Below are positions 48,785-58,293 of a stretch of DNA of 64,000 nt, one piece after another. A model generated the notes under the pieces. The model was given only the letters and a program-made list of their open reading frames with translations. It ran no database searches and had not been told where the DNA came from. Position numbers and translations under genes: made by a program. Numbering within the stretch: position 1 is the stretch's first letter; each line of letters opens with the position of its first letter. The stretch comes from Sandaracinaceae bacterium. GTDB lineage: Bacteria; Myxococcota_A; Polyangia; Polyangiales; Sandaracinaceae. The stretch is from NCBI GenBank assembly GCA_044220955.1, contig JBGAQA010000014.1:32001-96000 (forward strand), in the 5' to 3' direction.

Positions 48785-48860
48785 TTCACTTCGCCGCCGG
48801 AACTCGCGGGATCTCGCGGCGGAGCGCGTGGCGCGTCGCCACACCTCCCCCGACGCTCGT

Positions 48861-51332
48861 TCACACCTCGGCGCGCCTGGGCAAGCCGTCGAGGGTCTGG
48901 AGCATCAGCGGAAACCACACCGTGGTGGACAGGTACGTGAGCCCGACGCCGCACGCGGCAAGGTAGGCGACCGAGCGCAGCCCCTCGTGGTGCGTGACGA
49001 CGAGGGCGCCGAAGCCGAACAGGTTCGTCGCCGACGAGAGCGCGTTCGCCACCGTCGTCTGGCGGAGCACGATCGGGATCGACCCGCGCCCTCCCTCCCG
49101 CCAGCGGTGGTAGACGTGGATCGCGTTGTCCAGGCTGATCGCCACGCAGACCGGCAGGATGGTCGCGTTCATGAAGTTCAGCGTGAGGCCCGTCGCGCGC
49201 ATCGCGCCGGCGATCGCGATCACGCCGAGCGCGACCGAGCCGAGCACCGCGAGCGTCGCGCCGAGCCGCCGGAAATCGATCAACAGGACGAGGAACACCG
49301 ACGCGAAGGTCCCGAGGAAGAGGAACCGCGCGTCGCGCGCGATGCGCTCGAAGATCTCGCCGGCGACCCAGTTCTCGCTGAGCATGGGCGCATCGACGTG
49401 CGCCTCGCGCAGAGCGCGCACGATGTCGCGCGCCTGCTCTGCCCACGACGTGAGAACGGCCGTTCCGCTGTCGTCGCTGTCGGGGGCGTTGAGGTGGGCG
49501 ATGGACCCGGTGCCGTCCGACGTCAGCAGGTGGCCGACGACGGAGTAGGGCAGCTCTTCGAGCGAGAAGGGGTGCGAGGCGGCGACCATGCGCCGCGCGT
49601 CCGCGAGTTGCTGACGCTGCTCGTCGGTGTCGAGCATGCTGGGCCGGATGCGCGCCAGCTGCTCGCCGATCTCGACCGCGAGCGCTGCGCGCGCGCGCTG
49701 GTCCTCGGGCGAGGGAAACACGTCGTCGAGGGTGCGGATCATCACCACGTCCCACGCCTGGCCGCGCGCCTCCCGCTCTCGTCCCAGCGCGTCGATCGCG
49801 CCGCGCAGCGGCTCGAGCTGGGCGTCGTCCCGGACCCAGAGGGCGCCTGCCTCGCGCGTGCCGCCGAGGTGGTGGCGCAGGTACTCGCCGAAGCGGCTGA
49901 CCTCGGTGTCCCCCGCGAGCAAGCGCCAGTTGCCGTCGAAGCGCACCCCGCCGGTCGCGAGCACGTACCCCGAGGCGATCGCGAGGAGGGGGACGGCGAT
50001 CACGATCGGCCAGCGCACCCACGCAGGCACGTTCACTCCCGAGGCCGGGCCGTCTTCGCGCCGCGGGAACGTCAGCGGCCGGATCCGCTCTCCGAGCACC
50101 AAGAGCGACGGCAGCCCGATCACCGTCACGATCAGCGTGAGAATCAGCCCGACGGCCGCGATGAGCCCGAACTCGCTGAACCCCCGGAACTGCGCCGCCG
50201 CGATCACCGCGAACACGCCCGCGTTGGTGATGGAGCCGCTGATCAGCGCGCGGCCGGTCGAGGGGACGAGCTTCTCGATCGCGGGCTCGAGCGCCAGGCC
50301 CTCCTCACGCAGCTCGCGGTACCGGTGCAGGAAGTGGATCCCGTACTCGATCCCCAGCCCCGAGAGGATCGAGAAGAGGAAGCCCGAGATGATGTTGAGG
50401 TGGCCGACGGCGAGCTGCGCGAACGCGAACGTCCACGCGAGCCCGGCGAACAGCGGCAGCGAGAGCAGGATGAGCGCGCGCGGCGTCCGCAGCGCGAGCA
50501 CGATGAGGAGCACCACCCCGACGAACCCGATCGTGCCCGCGATCGAGAGATCCTCGCGCAGCGCGCGCTCCGCCTCGACCTGGGTGGGGATGCCGCCTGC
50601 GTAGTGCACCTCGAGATCGCGCGGGAAGCGCGCCCCGTCGCGCAGCCGATCGACCACGCCCCGGACCTCGTCCCACGAGGCGCGCGCGGCGCCGAGATCG
50701 CCGCTCGGCGTGGAGAAGAACGCCCAGATGCAGAGGAAGCGCCCGTCGGTGGTGACCACCCAGTCTTCGTCGCCGAGGACGTCGCTCGTCTCCTGCACGG
50801 CCGCGAGCATCGCGCCCGCGCCGTCGGCGCCCTCGTCCAGCTCCTCGTCGTCGAGCCCGAGATCGAACGGGCTCGCGCGCATCACCTCCCGGTCGATGCG
50901 GTCACGGACCTGGTCGCGGATGCGCTCGAGCTCGGCCTGGTCGGCGAAGAGCAGCCTGCGATCGCGGAACCAGGCGAGATCGACGTGGCCGCCCACGCCG
51001 CCGATGTTCGGGTCGCGCTCGAGCTCCTCGAGCAGCGCCGCCCCGAAGCGCTCGGCCTGGTCCCGATCGGTCGTCGGCACGGCGACCACGAGATCGCTCG
51101 TGGCCCGGACGTGCCCGAGGACGTCGCGGAGCTGCCGGACCGGCTCCTCCTCCTCGGGCAGGAGGTCGAGGAACGACGCCCGGACCTCCAGCTGGCTCGC
51201 CAGCCACCCGGCAGGCACGAGGGAGAGGAGGATGGCAGCGACGAACGTGCCCGCCCGCCGATGAATCCGCCGGCCCAGCCAGCCGAGGCCCCGCTCGAGC
51301 AAGCCTTCGGACTCTTGGGAAGGCTCGCTCAC
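48861..51332 (-). CDS. MMPL/RND family transporter
   Basis: Two repeats of TM plus periplasmic domain plus five TMs. GLGIEYGIHFLHRY and SLDNAIHVYHRW motifs, QFRGFSEFG. Confidence 0.88.
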   Translation of the reverse strand: MSEPSQESEGLLERGLGWLGRRIHRRAGTFVAAILLSLVPAGWLASQLEVRASFLDLLPEEEEPVRQLRDVLGHVRATSDLVVAVPTTDRDQAERFGAALLEELERDPNIGGVGGHVDLAWFRDRRLLFADQAELERIRDQVRDRIDREVMRASPFDLGLDDEELDEGADGAGAMLAAVQETSDVLGDEDWVVTTDGRFLCIWAFFSTPSGDLGAARASWDEVRGVVDRLRDGARFPRDLEVHYAGGIPTQVEAERALREDLSIAGTIGFVGVVLLIVLALRTPRALILLSLPLFAGLAWTFAFAQLAVGHLNIISGFLFSILSGLGIEYGIHFLHRYRELREEGLALEPAIEKLVPSTGRALISGSITNAGVFAVIAAAQFRGFSEFGLIAAVGLILTLIVTVIGLPSLLVLGERIRPLTFPRREDGPASGVNVPAWVRWPIVIAVPLLAIASGYVLATGGVRFDGNWRLLAGDTEVSRFGEYLRHHLGGTREAGALWVRDDAQLEPLRGAIDALGREREARGQAWDVVMIRTLDDVFPSPEDQRARAALAVEIGEQLARIRPSMLDTDEQRQQLADARRMVAASHPFSLEELPYSVVGHLLTSDGTGSIAHLNAPDSDDSGTAVLTSWAEQARDIVRALREAHVDAPMLSENWVAGEIFERIARDARFLFLGTFASVFLVLLIDFRRLGATLAVLGSVALGVIAIAGAMRATGLTLNFMNATILPVCVAISLDNAIHVYHRWREGGRGSIPIVLRQTTVANALSSATNLFGFGALVVTHHEGLRSVAYLAACGVGLTYLSTTVWFPLMLQTLDGLPRRAEV

Positions 51333-51494
51333 GGGCGCGCCACGAATGCCACGTACACCCACACCTGTCGAGCCACGTCACGACGAGATCTCGGCACTCC
51401 GGGCCGGCTCAGGCATCATCACCAAATGGACGGCCAGAGGGCCGGGTCGGAGCTAGGCCGGCCCCCGCCGCTGTACGGATCGTGCGCAACGTCG

Positions 51495-51524
51495 TTGACC
51501 CCGTTCTGGCACCGCCCTTAATCT
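51495..51524 (+). promoter_or_regulatory. Possible sigma70-type promoter TTGACC-N18-TAATCT
   Basis: Upstream of the GGAG RBS and GTG 51572 in a divergent intergenic region. Confidence 0.35.
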
Positions 51525-51571
51525 GCGCCGTCGAAATTGGCGCCGGTCGACCCCTCGGAGACTCGTAGTCG

Positions 51572-54427
51572 GTGAAGAAGCCCATCCCCTTCGGCAAGTA
51601 CCTGCTGCTCGAGCGTGTGAACGTCGGCGGCATGGCCGAGGTCTTCAAAGCGAAGGCCTTCGGCGTCGAGGGATTCGAGCGCCTGGTCGCGGTGAAGCGG
51701 ATCCTGCCCTCGATCGCGGAGGACCAGGAGTTCATCACGATGTTCATCGACGAGGCGAAGATCAGCGTGCAGCTGACGCACGCGAACATCGCCCAGATCT
51801 TCGACCTCGGTAAGGTCGGCGACTCGTTCTTCATCGCGATGGAGTACGTCCACGGCAAGGACCTCCGCGCGATCTTCGACCGGGCGCGCAAGCGCGGCGA
51901 GACCGTGCCCGTCCCGATGGCCTGCTACCTCGCGATGAAGATCTGCGAGGGCCTCGACTACGCGCACAACAAGAAGGACGCGTCGGGCCGCGAGCTGAAC
52001 CTCGTCCATCGTGACGTGAGCCCGCAGAACATCCTCTTGAGCTACGACGGCGAGTCGAAGCTCATCGACTTCGGCATCGCCAAGGCCGCGGGCAAGGCCG
52101 GCAAGACGCAGGCGGGCATCCTCAAGGGGAAGTTCGGGTACATGTCGCCCGAGCAGGTCCGCGGCCTGCCGCTCGATCGCCGCAGCGACATCTTCGCCGT
52201 CGGCATCGTCCTGTACGAGCTGCTCACGGGCGAGCGCCTCTTCGTCGGCGAGAGCGACTTCTCCACCCTCGAGAAGGTGAAGAACGTCGAGATCATGCCC
52301 CCGAGCACCTACAACCGGAGGATCCCGGAGGAGCTCGAGCAGATCGTCCTGAAGGGACTCGCGAAGGACGTCGACGATCGCTACCAGACCGCGATGGACC
52401 TGCACGACGATCTGCAGTCGTTCATGTACACGAGCGGCAACTTCTTCTCGCGCAAGGATCTCGGCGCCTACATGCGCAAGGCGTTCGCCGAGGAGATCGC
52501 GAAGGAGTCGGCGCGCGAGGAAGAGTACCGCCGCATGGAGGCCGAGGCCGCCAAGCTCGGGGCGGGCCTCGACCAGTTCGACGACATCGAGGGCGAGGCG
52601 CCCGCGGCGGCGGCCAACGTTTCGGCCCAGCCGGCGCGCCACGTCGCCGTGACCGCCGCGCCGCCGAAGCCGCAGCGCAAGCCCACGATGATGGGCATGC
52701 CCGCGGCCGCGGTGCCGCCGCCGCCGCCCCGCATGAGCTCGCCCGGTGCGCCGCCGCCGCCACCGCCGCGGATGAGCGCGCCGCAGCCGCCGCCTCCCGC
52801 AGCCGCCCCCGCGCCCGCGCCACCTCCCGCAGCCAAGGCGAGCGGTGGCGCCGCGCTCGACATGGACTGGGACGAGGAGGAGCTCTCCACCCAGATCTAC
52901 GACAAGCCCGAGGGCAACCTCATCGCCGACATGCCCGCGCCCCCCGTGGCGCCCGGGCCCGCGCCGGCGCCGCGGCCCTCGCTCGGGCTCGGCAACATCC
53001 AGGCGATCGCGCCCCCCGCGGCGCCCTCGATGTCGTCCCCGGGGATGTCGGCGTCTCCCGCGATGTCGTCCCCGGGCATGCCGTCGCCGTTCGGCGGCGG
53101 GCCCGCGCCGTCGTCGCCGGGGATGCCCTCTCCGTTCTCGTCGAGGTCTTCGCCGGGCATGCCTGCCCCGGCCCCCGCGCCCATGCCGGCGCCGATGGGG
53201 TCGCCGTCGCCCTTCGACGCGCAGCCGATGGGCGCGCGCGAGCCCACGGCGGTGACCCGTCAGCGCGAGGAGCCGAGGCGGTCTCTCGCGCCGATCATCG
53301 CGGCCGCAGCGGTGCTCTTGATCGTGCTGCTCGCGGGCGGCGGGTACATGCTCTTCGGGCGCTCGTCCCCTGCGACGATCCACCTCACCACGACCCCGAC
53401 CGACGCGGTGGTCTACCTGGACAACCAGCCGATCACGACCTCGACGTCGAGCCCCTTCGTGGTGCCGAACGTCGAGCCGGGCTCCCACCTCGTGGAGGTG
53501 CGCAAGCACGGGTACGAGACCTGGGCGATGCGCGTCGATCTGACGTCGGGGCAAGAGCTCACGCTGCCGGCGGTCGCGCTCGAGCCGGAAGGGGGCGCCG
53601 TCGCCGGATCCGGCCCCGGACCCGTTCCGACGACCCCGCCGCAGGGCACCGGCTTCACCCTGGACACGGTCCCCTCGGGGGCGCGCGTGTTCGTCAACGA
53701 CGTCGAGCTGACCCAGCGGACGCCGGTGGTGGTCACCGACCTGCAGCCCGGCACGTACCAGATCCGCGTCGACAACGGCGCCACGTATGCCCCCTGGCTC
53801 TCGCAGATCACGATCCCGGCGAACCAGGTGATGGCGCTGCCCGCCGCGGTGCTCACGCTGCGGGCGGTGACGGTGGCGTTCTCGTCCACGCCCACCGGCG
53901 CGGACGTCTCCCTCGTGCGAGGCACCGAGCGTCGGTCGATCGGCGCGACCCCGGTCTCGGCCGACGTCGACATCTCGGGTGGCGCGTGGACCGTGGAGAT
54001 GGAGCACGCCGGCTACCGCGACTACTCCGCGCCGCTCGTGGTCGCGACCGGTCAGGCGAGCGCGACGCACGCCGCGACGCTCGACGAGATCCCGCGCGGG
54101 ACGGGCGTGCGGCCGCCGCCCCCGCCGCCTTCGACGGGCCCGCGCATCGGTCCGCGCATCGGCCCGCCGCCCTCGACGGCGAGCCCCCCGCCCACCGCGA
54201 CCGCCAGCGGGGGCAGCGGGACGCTGCGCATCAACACGCGCCCCGCCTCGCAGGTCTACGTCGATGGCCGCCTGATCGGCTACACGCCGCAGCTGCACAT
54301 CGAGCTGCCGGCCGGCAACCACACGGTCACGCTGGTGAACAGCGAGTTCAACATCCGCGAGACCATCACCGTCACGATCCACGCGGGTCAGACCGAGACA
54401 CGCTCGCTCACGCTGACCCCCGGCTGA
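51572..54427 (+). CDS. Ser/Thr protein kinase with Pro-rich linker, TM helix and periplasmic PEGA domains
   Basis: GGMAEVFKA, HRDVSPQN, DFG, GKFGYMSPE, TM IIAAAAVLLIVLLAGG, about four PEGA-like units (e.g. PASQVYVDGRLIGYTP). Confidence 0.93.
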   Translation: MKKPIPFGKYLLLERVNVGGMAEVFKAKAFGVEGFERLVAVKRILPSIAEDQEFITMFIDEAKISVQLTHANIAQIFDLGKVGDSFFIAMEYVHGKDLRAIFDRARKRGETVPVPMACYLAMKICEGLDYAHNKKDASGRELNLVHRDVSPQNILLSYDGESKLIDFGIAKAAGKAGKTQAGILKGKFGYMSPEQVRGLPLDRRSDIFAVGIVLYELLTGERLFVGESDFSTLEKVKNVEIMPPSTYNRRIPEELEQIVLKGLAKDVDDRYQTAMDLHDDLQSFMYTSGNFFSRKDLGAYMRKAFAEEIAKESAREEEYRRMEAEAAKLGAGLDQFDDIEGEAPAAAANVSAQPARHVAVTAAPPKPQRKPTMMGMPAAAVPPPPPRMSSPGAPPPPPPRMSAPQPPPPAAAPAPAPPPAAKASGGAALDMDWDEEELSTQIYDKPEGNLIADMPAPPVAPGPAPAPRPSLGLGNIQAIAPPAAPSMSSPGMSASPAMSSPGMPSPFGGGPAPSSPGMPSPFSSRSSPGMPAPAPAPMPAPMGSPSPFDAQPMGAREPTAVTRQREEPRRSLAPIIAAAAVLLIVLLAGGGYMLFGRSSPATIHLTTTPTDAVVYLDNQPITTSTSSPFVVPNVEPGSHLVEVRKHGYETWAMRVDLTSGQELTLPAVALEPEGGAVAGSGPGPVPTTPPQGTGFTLDTVPSGARVFVNDVELTQRTPVVVTDLQPGTYQIRVDNGATYAPWLSQITIPANQVMALPAAVLTLRAVTVAFSSTPTGADVSLVRGTERRSIGATPVSADVDISGGAWTVEMEHAGYRDYSAPLVVATGQASATHAATLDEIPRGTGVRPPPPPPSTGPRIGPRIGPPPSTASPPPTATASGGSGTLRINTRPASQVYVDGRLIGYTPQLHIELPAGNHTVTLVNSEFNIRETITVTIHAGQTETRSLTLTPG

Positions 54428-54448
54428 CGCCGAGGGCGCTTCGGCCCA

Positions 54449-55051
54449 CTACTCCGTCCGGTCGCGGACGTAGAGGATCCCGACGGGCTCGAGCACGTCC
54501 TCGCCCTCGAGCGCCCGGTCGCGGCGCTCGAAGAGCGAGCGCTCGCCGTCCCCGTCCAGGTCGCCTTCCGCGCGGTAGGTCACGACGTAGGTCCCCTCCG
54601 GGGAGTGCAGGTCGCAGCCGCTCACGGTCGGCGTCATCGAGTAGGAGAAGCGAACGGGCTCGTCGATCGTGAAGCCGATCGCGGTGAAGCCTGCCCGCGC
54701 GAGATCCTCGCCCTCGAAGTCGAGCTGGCGTGGGTCCTCGGTCGGCTCGGTCGGGAAGGGCCCGGCCGCGACCGGGAGACAGCGGTGCAGGCTCTCCCCC
54801 TCGGCGGGGTGCGGCGTGGCGAAGTAGGCGGCTGCGCTCGTGTGCATGCGCTCGAGCTCGCGCGACGCCTCGGCGACCTTGCTGAGCCGCAGCTCCCGCA
54901 GGAACGCGGGGACGAACGCCGCGAGCAAGCAGCCGATCAGCGACGTCGCGACCGCCGCCTGCAGCAGGGTCACGCCTGCCTCCCTCGACCGTCCGTGCCG
55001 GGCCCTTCGCTCCACCGGTCGGAAGATACGTCTCGGTTGCGTGCGCGCCAC
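54449..55051 (-). CDS. Type IV pilin-like protein (atypical)
   Basis: Basic leader ending EAG|VTLLQ, hydrophobic helix with Pro, SKVAEA, C-terminal AEGDLDGDG resembling myxobacterial PilA-type pilins. Confidence 0.65.
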   Translation of the reverse strand: MARTQPRRIFRPVERRARHGRSREAGVTLLQAAVATSLIGCLLAAFVPAFLRELRLSKVAEASRELERMHTSAAAYFATPHPAEGESLHRCLPVAAGPFPTEPTEDPRQLDFEGEDLARAGFTAIGFTIDEPVRFSYSMTPTVSGCDLHSPEGTYVVTYRAEGDLDGDGERSLFERRDRALEGEDVLEPVGILYVRDRTE

Positions 55052-55098
55052 AGAACGGGTAGCGACGCGCCGTGCTTCGGACCCCGAGCCGCGCGTCG

Positions 55099-56463
55099 AT
55101 GGAGCGTGCGAGCGACCTCGTGCTGGTCGCCGCGATCACCGTCGCGAGCGCGGTGCTCATCGATGCGGGCGTCGTGTCGTCGAACGACGGCTCGCACTAC
55201 GCACTGGTTCGTGCGATCGGCGACACCGGCAGCTTCGTGATCGACCCCTACGTCGAGTACACGTACGACGTCGACATCTCCGAGTACGGCGGGCACTTCT
55301 TCACCGATCGCCCCCCTGGCACGGCGATGCTCGCCGTGCCTTTCTACCTCGCCGCGCGCGTCGTCTCGGGCGATCCGCGCGCCTGGGAGTTCGGCGCTGC
55401 GTTGCTCTCGGCGGTGATGGCGGCCCTCGCGTGCGGCGGCGCCTACTGGATCGCGCGCGAGCTCGGCGCCTCCCGCGGTGGCGCGCGCGCGCTCGGGTTC
55501 ACGCTGGCCGTCGCGACCCCGCTGCGATCGTACGCGAGCACGCTCTTCCACCACGCGACCGCCGCCGGGCTCGTCACCTCGTGCGCGGCGCTCGCCCTCG
55601 ACCACGCGCGGCGCCCGCGCCGCGCGACGCGCGTGATCGCCGCGCTGATCGCCGGCTACGCGTGCTCGGTCGACTACACGAGCTGCCTGGCGACGGGCGC
55701 GCTCCTCGCCGCCGCCCTCTGGCCGCTCCGCAAGACCCCGGGTCCGCTCGCGCTCGCGACGCTCGAGGTCGTGCTCGGCGGCGTCCTCGGCCTGGTCCCG
55801 CTGCTCGCCTACGACCAGGCCTGCTTCGGCAGCCCGTTCTCGCTCGGCTACGACCACCAGGTCCACTTCGGGATGATGCACTCGATGAGCGGCATCTACG
55901 GCGGCAGCATGCCGGACGGGCTCTTCGGTCTCTTCGTCCACCCGCGCGCCGGACTGTTCTTCTGGAGCCCGGTGCTCGTGCTCGCGCCGGTCTACGCGGC
56001 CCACGTCGTGCGTGCGGACCGCCGTACGGCGCTCGTCCTCGCGCTGGCCGTCACTCCCTTCGTGCTGCTGATGTCTCGCTACTACGAGGTGGGAGCGGGG
56101 GCGAGCCGCGACGCCCGCTACATCACGCCCGTCGTCCCGATGCTCGCGGTGCCGCTCGCCTTCGCGTGGGACGCCGCGGTCTCGCGCCGGGGGACGACGG
56201 GGAAGGGCGATCTCGTCGCGATCTTCGTGGTGCTCGGCGCTGCGTCCGTCTGCCTTCAGATCGGCAAGCACCTCGCCCGCTGGGTGCGCAACGGTGAGTT
56301 CTGGATCCCGCTCTTTCAGAGCGGCGAGCACCTCGCGACGACGAGCGTCCACTTCCTCGCGTGGGCGTTCCCGCACCCGATCGCCGCGCTCGTGGTCGCC
56401 GGGATGGGGATCGCGGGCGCTCGGGCGCTCGATCCGGACCGCCGACCGCAGCCTGTCCGCTGA
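55099..56463 (+). CDS. Polytopic membrane protein, GT-C glycosyltransferase-like
   Basis: SSNDGSHYAL first loop, DRPPG, about 10-11 TMs, FGSPFSLGY, GLFFWSP, ARYITP. Confidence 0.6.
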   Translation: MERASDLVLVAAITVASAVLIDAGVVSSNDGSHYALVRAIGDTGSFVIDPYVEYTYDVDISEYGGHFFTDRPPGTAMLAVPFYLAARVVSGDPRAWEFGAALLSAVMAALACGGAYWIARELGASRGGARALGFTLAVATPLRSYASTLFHHATAAGLVTSCAALALDHARRPRRATRVIAALIAGYACSVDYTSCLATGALLAAALWPLRKTPGPLALATLEVVLGGVLGLVPLLAYDQACFGSPFSLGYDHQVHFGMMHSMSGIYGGSMPDGLFGLFVHPRAGLFFWSPVLVLAPVYAAHVVRADRRTALVLALAVTPFVLLMSRYYEVGAGASRDARYITPVVPMLAVPLAFAWDAAVSRRGTTGKGDLVAIFVVLGAASVCLQIGKHLARWVRNGEFWIPLFQSGEHLATTSVHFLAWAFPHPIAALVVAGMGIAGARALDPDRRPQPVR

Positions 56464-56465
56464 CT

Positions 56466-58208
56466 TCAGATCACGAGCGGCGTCGAGCCCGCCGGGACGA
56501 CGATGATCACCTCGTGCGAGTCCAGCTCGGCCACGCCGTTGCCCCGCACCACGATCGTGGCGCGGAAGATCTGGGCGCTGCGCGCGGGGGGCACGACGTC
56601 GTTGAAGAAGTGGACGTTGAAGTAGACGCGCCCGCCCGGACGGACGTCGTAGAACGCGAGGTCGTCGCAGCGCGTCGCGTCGGGGCAGCTCGTCGTGCCG
56701 CTCGGCTCCTCGAGCGTGGTCGGCGTGATCGACTTGATGAAGTTGCGCGCGTCGATCTCGGTCGCGCCCATGGGGAAGTCCGGGCCGTCGCGCACGATCG
56801 TGGTGATGTCCTGCGGCGTCTCCGTCGCGATCTCGCGCACCGCGTCGACGAGCCGGTTGCCCAGGCCGCTGCCGTCGCAGCCGATCGTGAACGCGATCGG
56901 CCCGCCGGTGGCGTCGACGGTCCCGGTGTCGTTCGCGTACACGGCGTACTGCTGCATTCCGGTCGGCGAGCTGATCTGCGGACCGCATCCGCTCGAGCTG
57001 CCGTCGATGCTCGCGATCCCGATCACCCGCGCGCCGATCGAGACCAGGGCGTCGCGCGTCTGCTCGTAGGTGTGCGGCGGGGGCCCCATCGTGAAGCCGG
57101 ACGCGTCGTAGGTGCCGCTCGATCCCACCAGGGGCCCGTTCTTCGAGGAGGAGTCGCTCACCACCACCATGATCGGCAGCGAGCCCGGCCGGAAGCAGGG
57201 GTAGCCGTAGCGAACGCCGGGCGCGTCCGGCTCCGGCAGGCAGTTCTGGGGCGGCACCCAGGGCGCGATGCCCTCGCCGGTCGCCGCTTGGTAGAGGGCC
57301 TCGTTGAACGACGCCCAGTTCGCGCCGCCCTGATCGGCCGCCACCGGCATCACGTCCGCCACCATCTCGCTCGGGCTCGTCGTGATCGTCGAGTAGAGGT
57401 GGAAGGGCGTGTCGCCGTCGGGGCCGTCCGGCCCGCTGCAGATGCCCAGGATGCAGGTGACGTGGCCGGCCGCCGCGCCGCCGAACCCGGCGAACCCGCC
57501 GAAGCCGACGCCGATGTTGGGGATCTCCCGCGCCATTCGGCTGACGGTGTCCGCGAGGCCCGACTTCAGCGCCGAGATCTCGTCCGTCATCGAGCCCGTA
57601 CGGTCGACCATGATGAACACGTCGGCCTGCTGGATGTGCGTGCTGAACGAGAGGGGACGGTCGACCATGTCTCGGTTGTAGGGGAGCACCACGTAGAAGT
57701 CGTCGGTGGGGATCCCGATCGTCGGGTCGAGCGGGTTGGCCGTGCTGCTCGCGATCTCGCCGAGGTCGGTGAAGCCGTCGCCGTCCGTGTCGGGGTTCAG
57801 CGGATCGGTGTGGTAGGTCCCGGTCTCCTCCTGATCGGACAGGCCGTCGTTGTCCGAGTCGGTGTCGAGGTAGTCGGCGATGCCGTCGTGATCGGTGTCG
57901 CGCGCCGCGCACCCGCCGACCGCGCCGCTCTCGTCGACGTCGAGCAGCCCGTCGCCGTCCGAGTCGGTGTCGTGGTCGTTGGGCGTTCCGTCGTGGTCCC
58001 AGTCCGTGGTGGCCTCGTACATGTCGTAGAGCCCGTCGGAGTCCGCGTCGTCGGTGTTGGTGCACATCCCGCTCACGTAGGCGGAGTCGGGGGTGGTGCT
58101 GCCGCCGCCGTCGCGTCCCGGCTCGACGCGGCCCGCGGTGCACGCGGGCGCGGCGAGGGCGAGCAGGGCGGTGAAGAAAGAGAGAACCGAAGCGGGGCTG
58201 CGCTGCAT
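56466..58208 (-). CDS. Lipoprotein with Ca-binding DxDxDG (TSP3-like) repeats and a VWA domain (CglD-like architecture)
   Basis: Signal with Cys (LAAPAC), about six DxDxDG motifs, MIDAS-like DRTGS, EALYQ, CFRPGS, VSD. Confidence 0.75.
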   Translation of the reverse strand: MQRSPASVLSFFTALLALAAPACTAGRVEPGRDGGGSTTPDSAYVSGMCTNTDDADSDGLYDMYEATTDWDHDGTPNDHDTDSDGDGLLDVDESGAVGGCAARDTDHDGIADYLDTDSDNDGLSDQEETGTYHTDPLNPDTDGDGFTDLGEIASSTANPLDPTIGIPTDDFYVVLPYNRDMVDRPLSFSTHIQQADVFIMVDRTGSMTDEISALKSGLADTVSRMAREIPNIGVGFGGFAGFGGAAAGHVTCILGICSGPDGPDGDTPFHLYSTITTSPSEMVADVMPVAADQGGANWASFNEALYQAATGEGIAPWVPPQNCLPEPDAPGVRYGYPCFRPGSLPIMVVVSDSSSKNGPLVGSSGTYDASGFTMGPPPHTYEQTRDALVSIGARVIGIASIDGSSSGCGPQISSPTGMQQYAVYANDTGTVDATGGPIAFTIGCDGSGLGNRLVDAVREIATETPQDITTIVRDGPDFPMGATEIDARNFIKSITPTTLEEPSGTTSCPDATRCDDLAFYDVRPGGRVYFNVHFFNDVVPPARSAQIFRATIVVRGNGVAELDSHEVIIVVPAGSTPLVI

Positions 58209-58293
58209 CGAGGCCTCCAAGCGGGCGAGGGTATCGGTACCGGACGGCTTCGCGATCCGAGCGCAGTGAGGGGCATCACCCGCGCCCGGGGGG

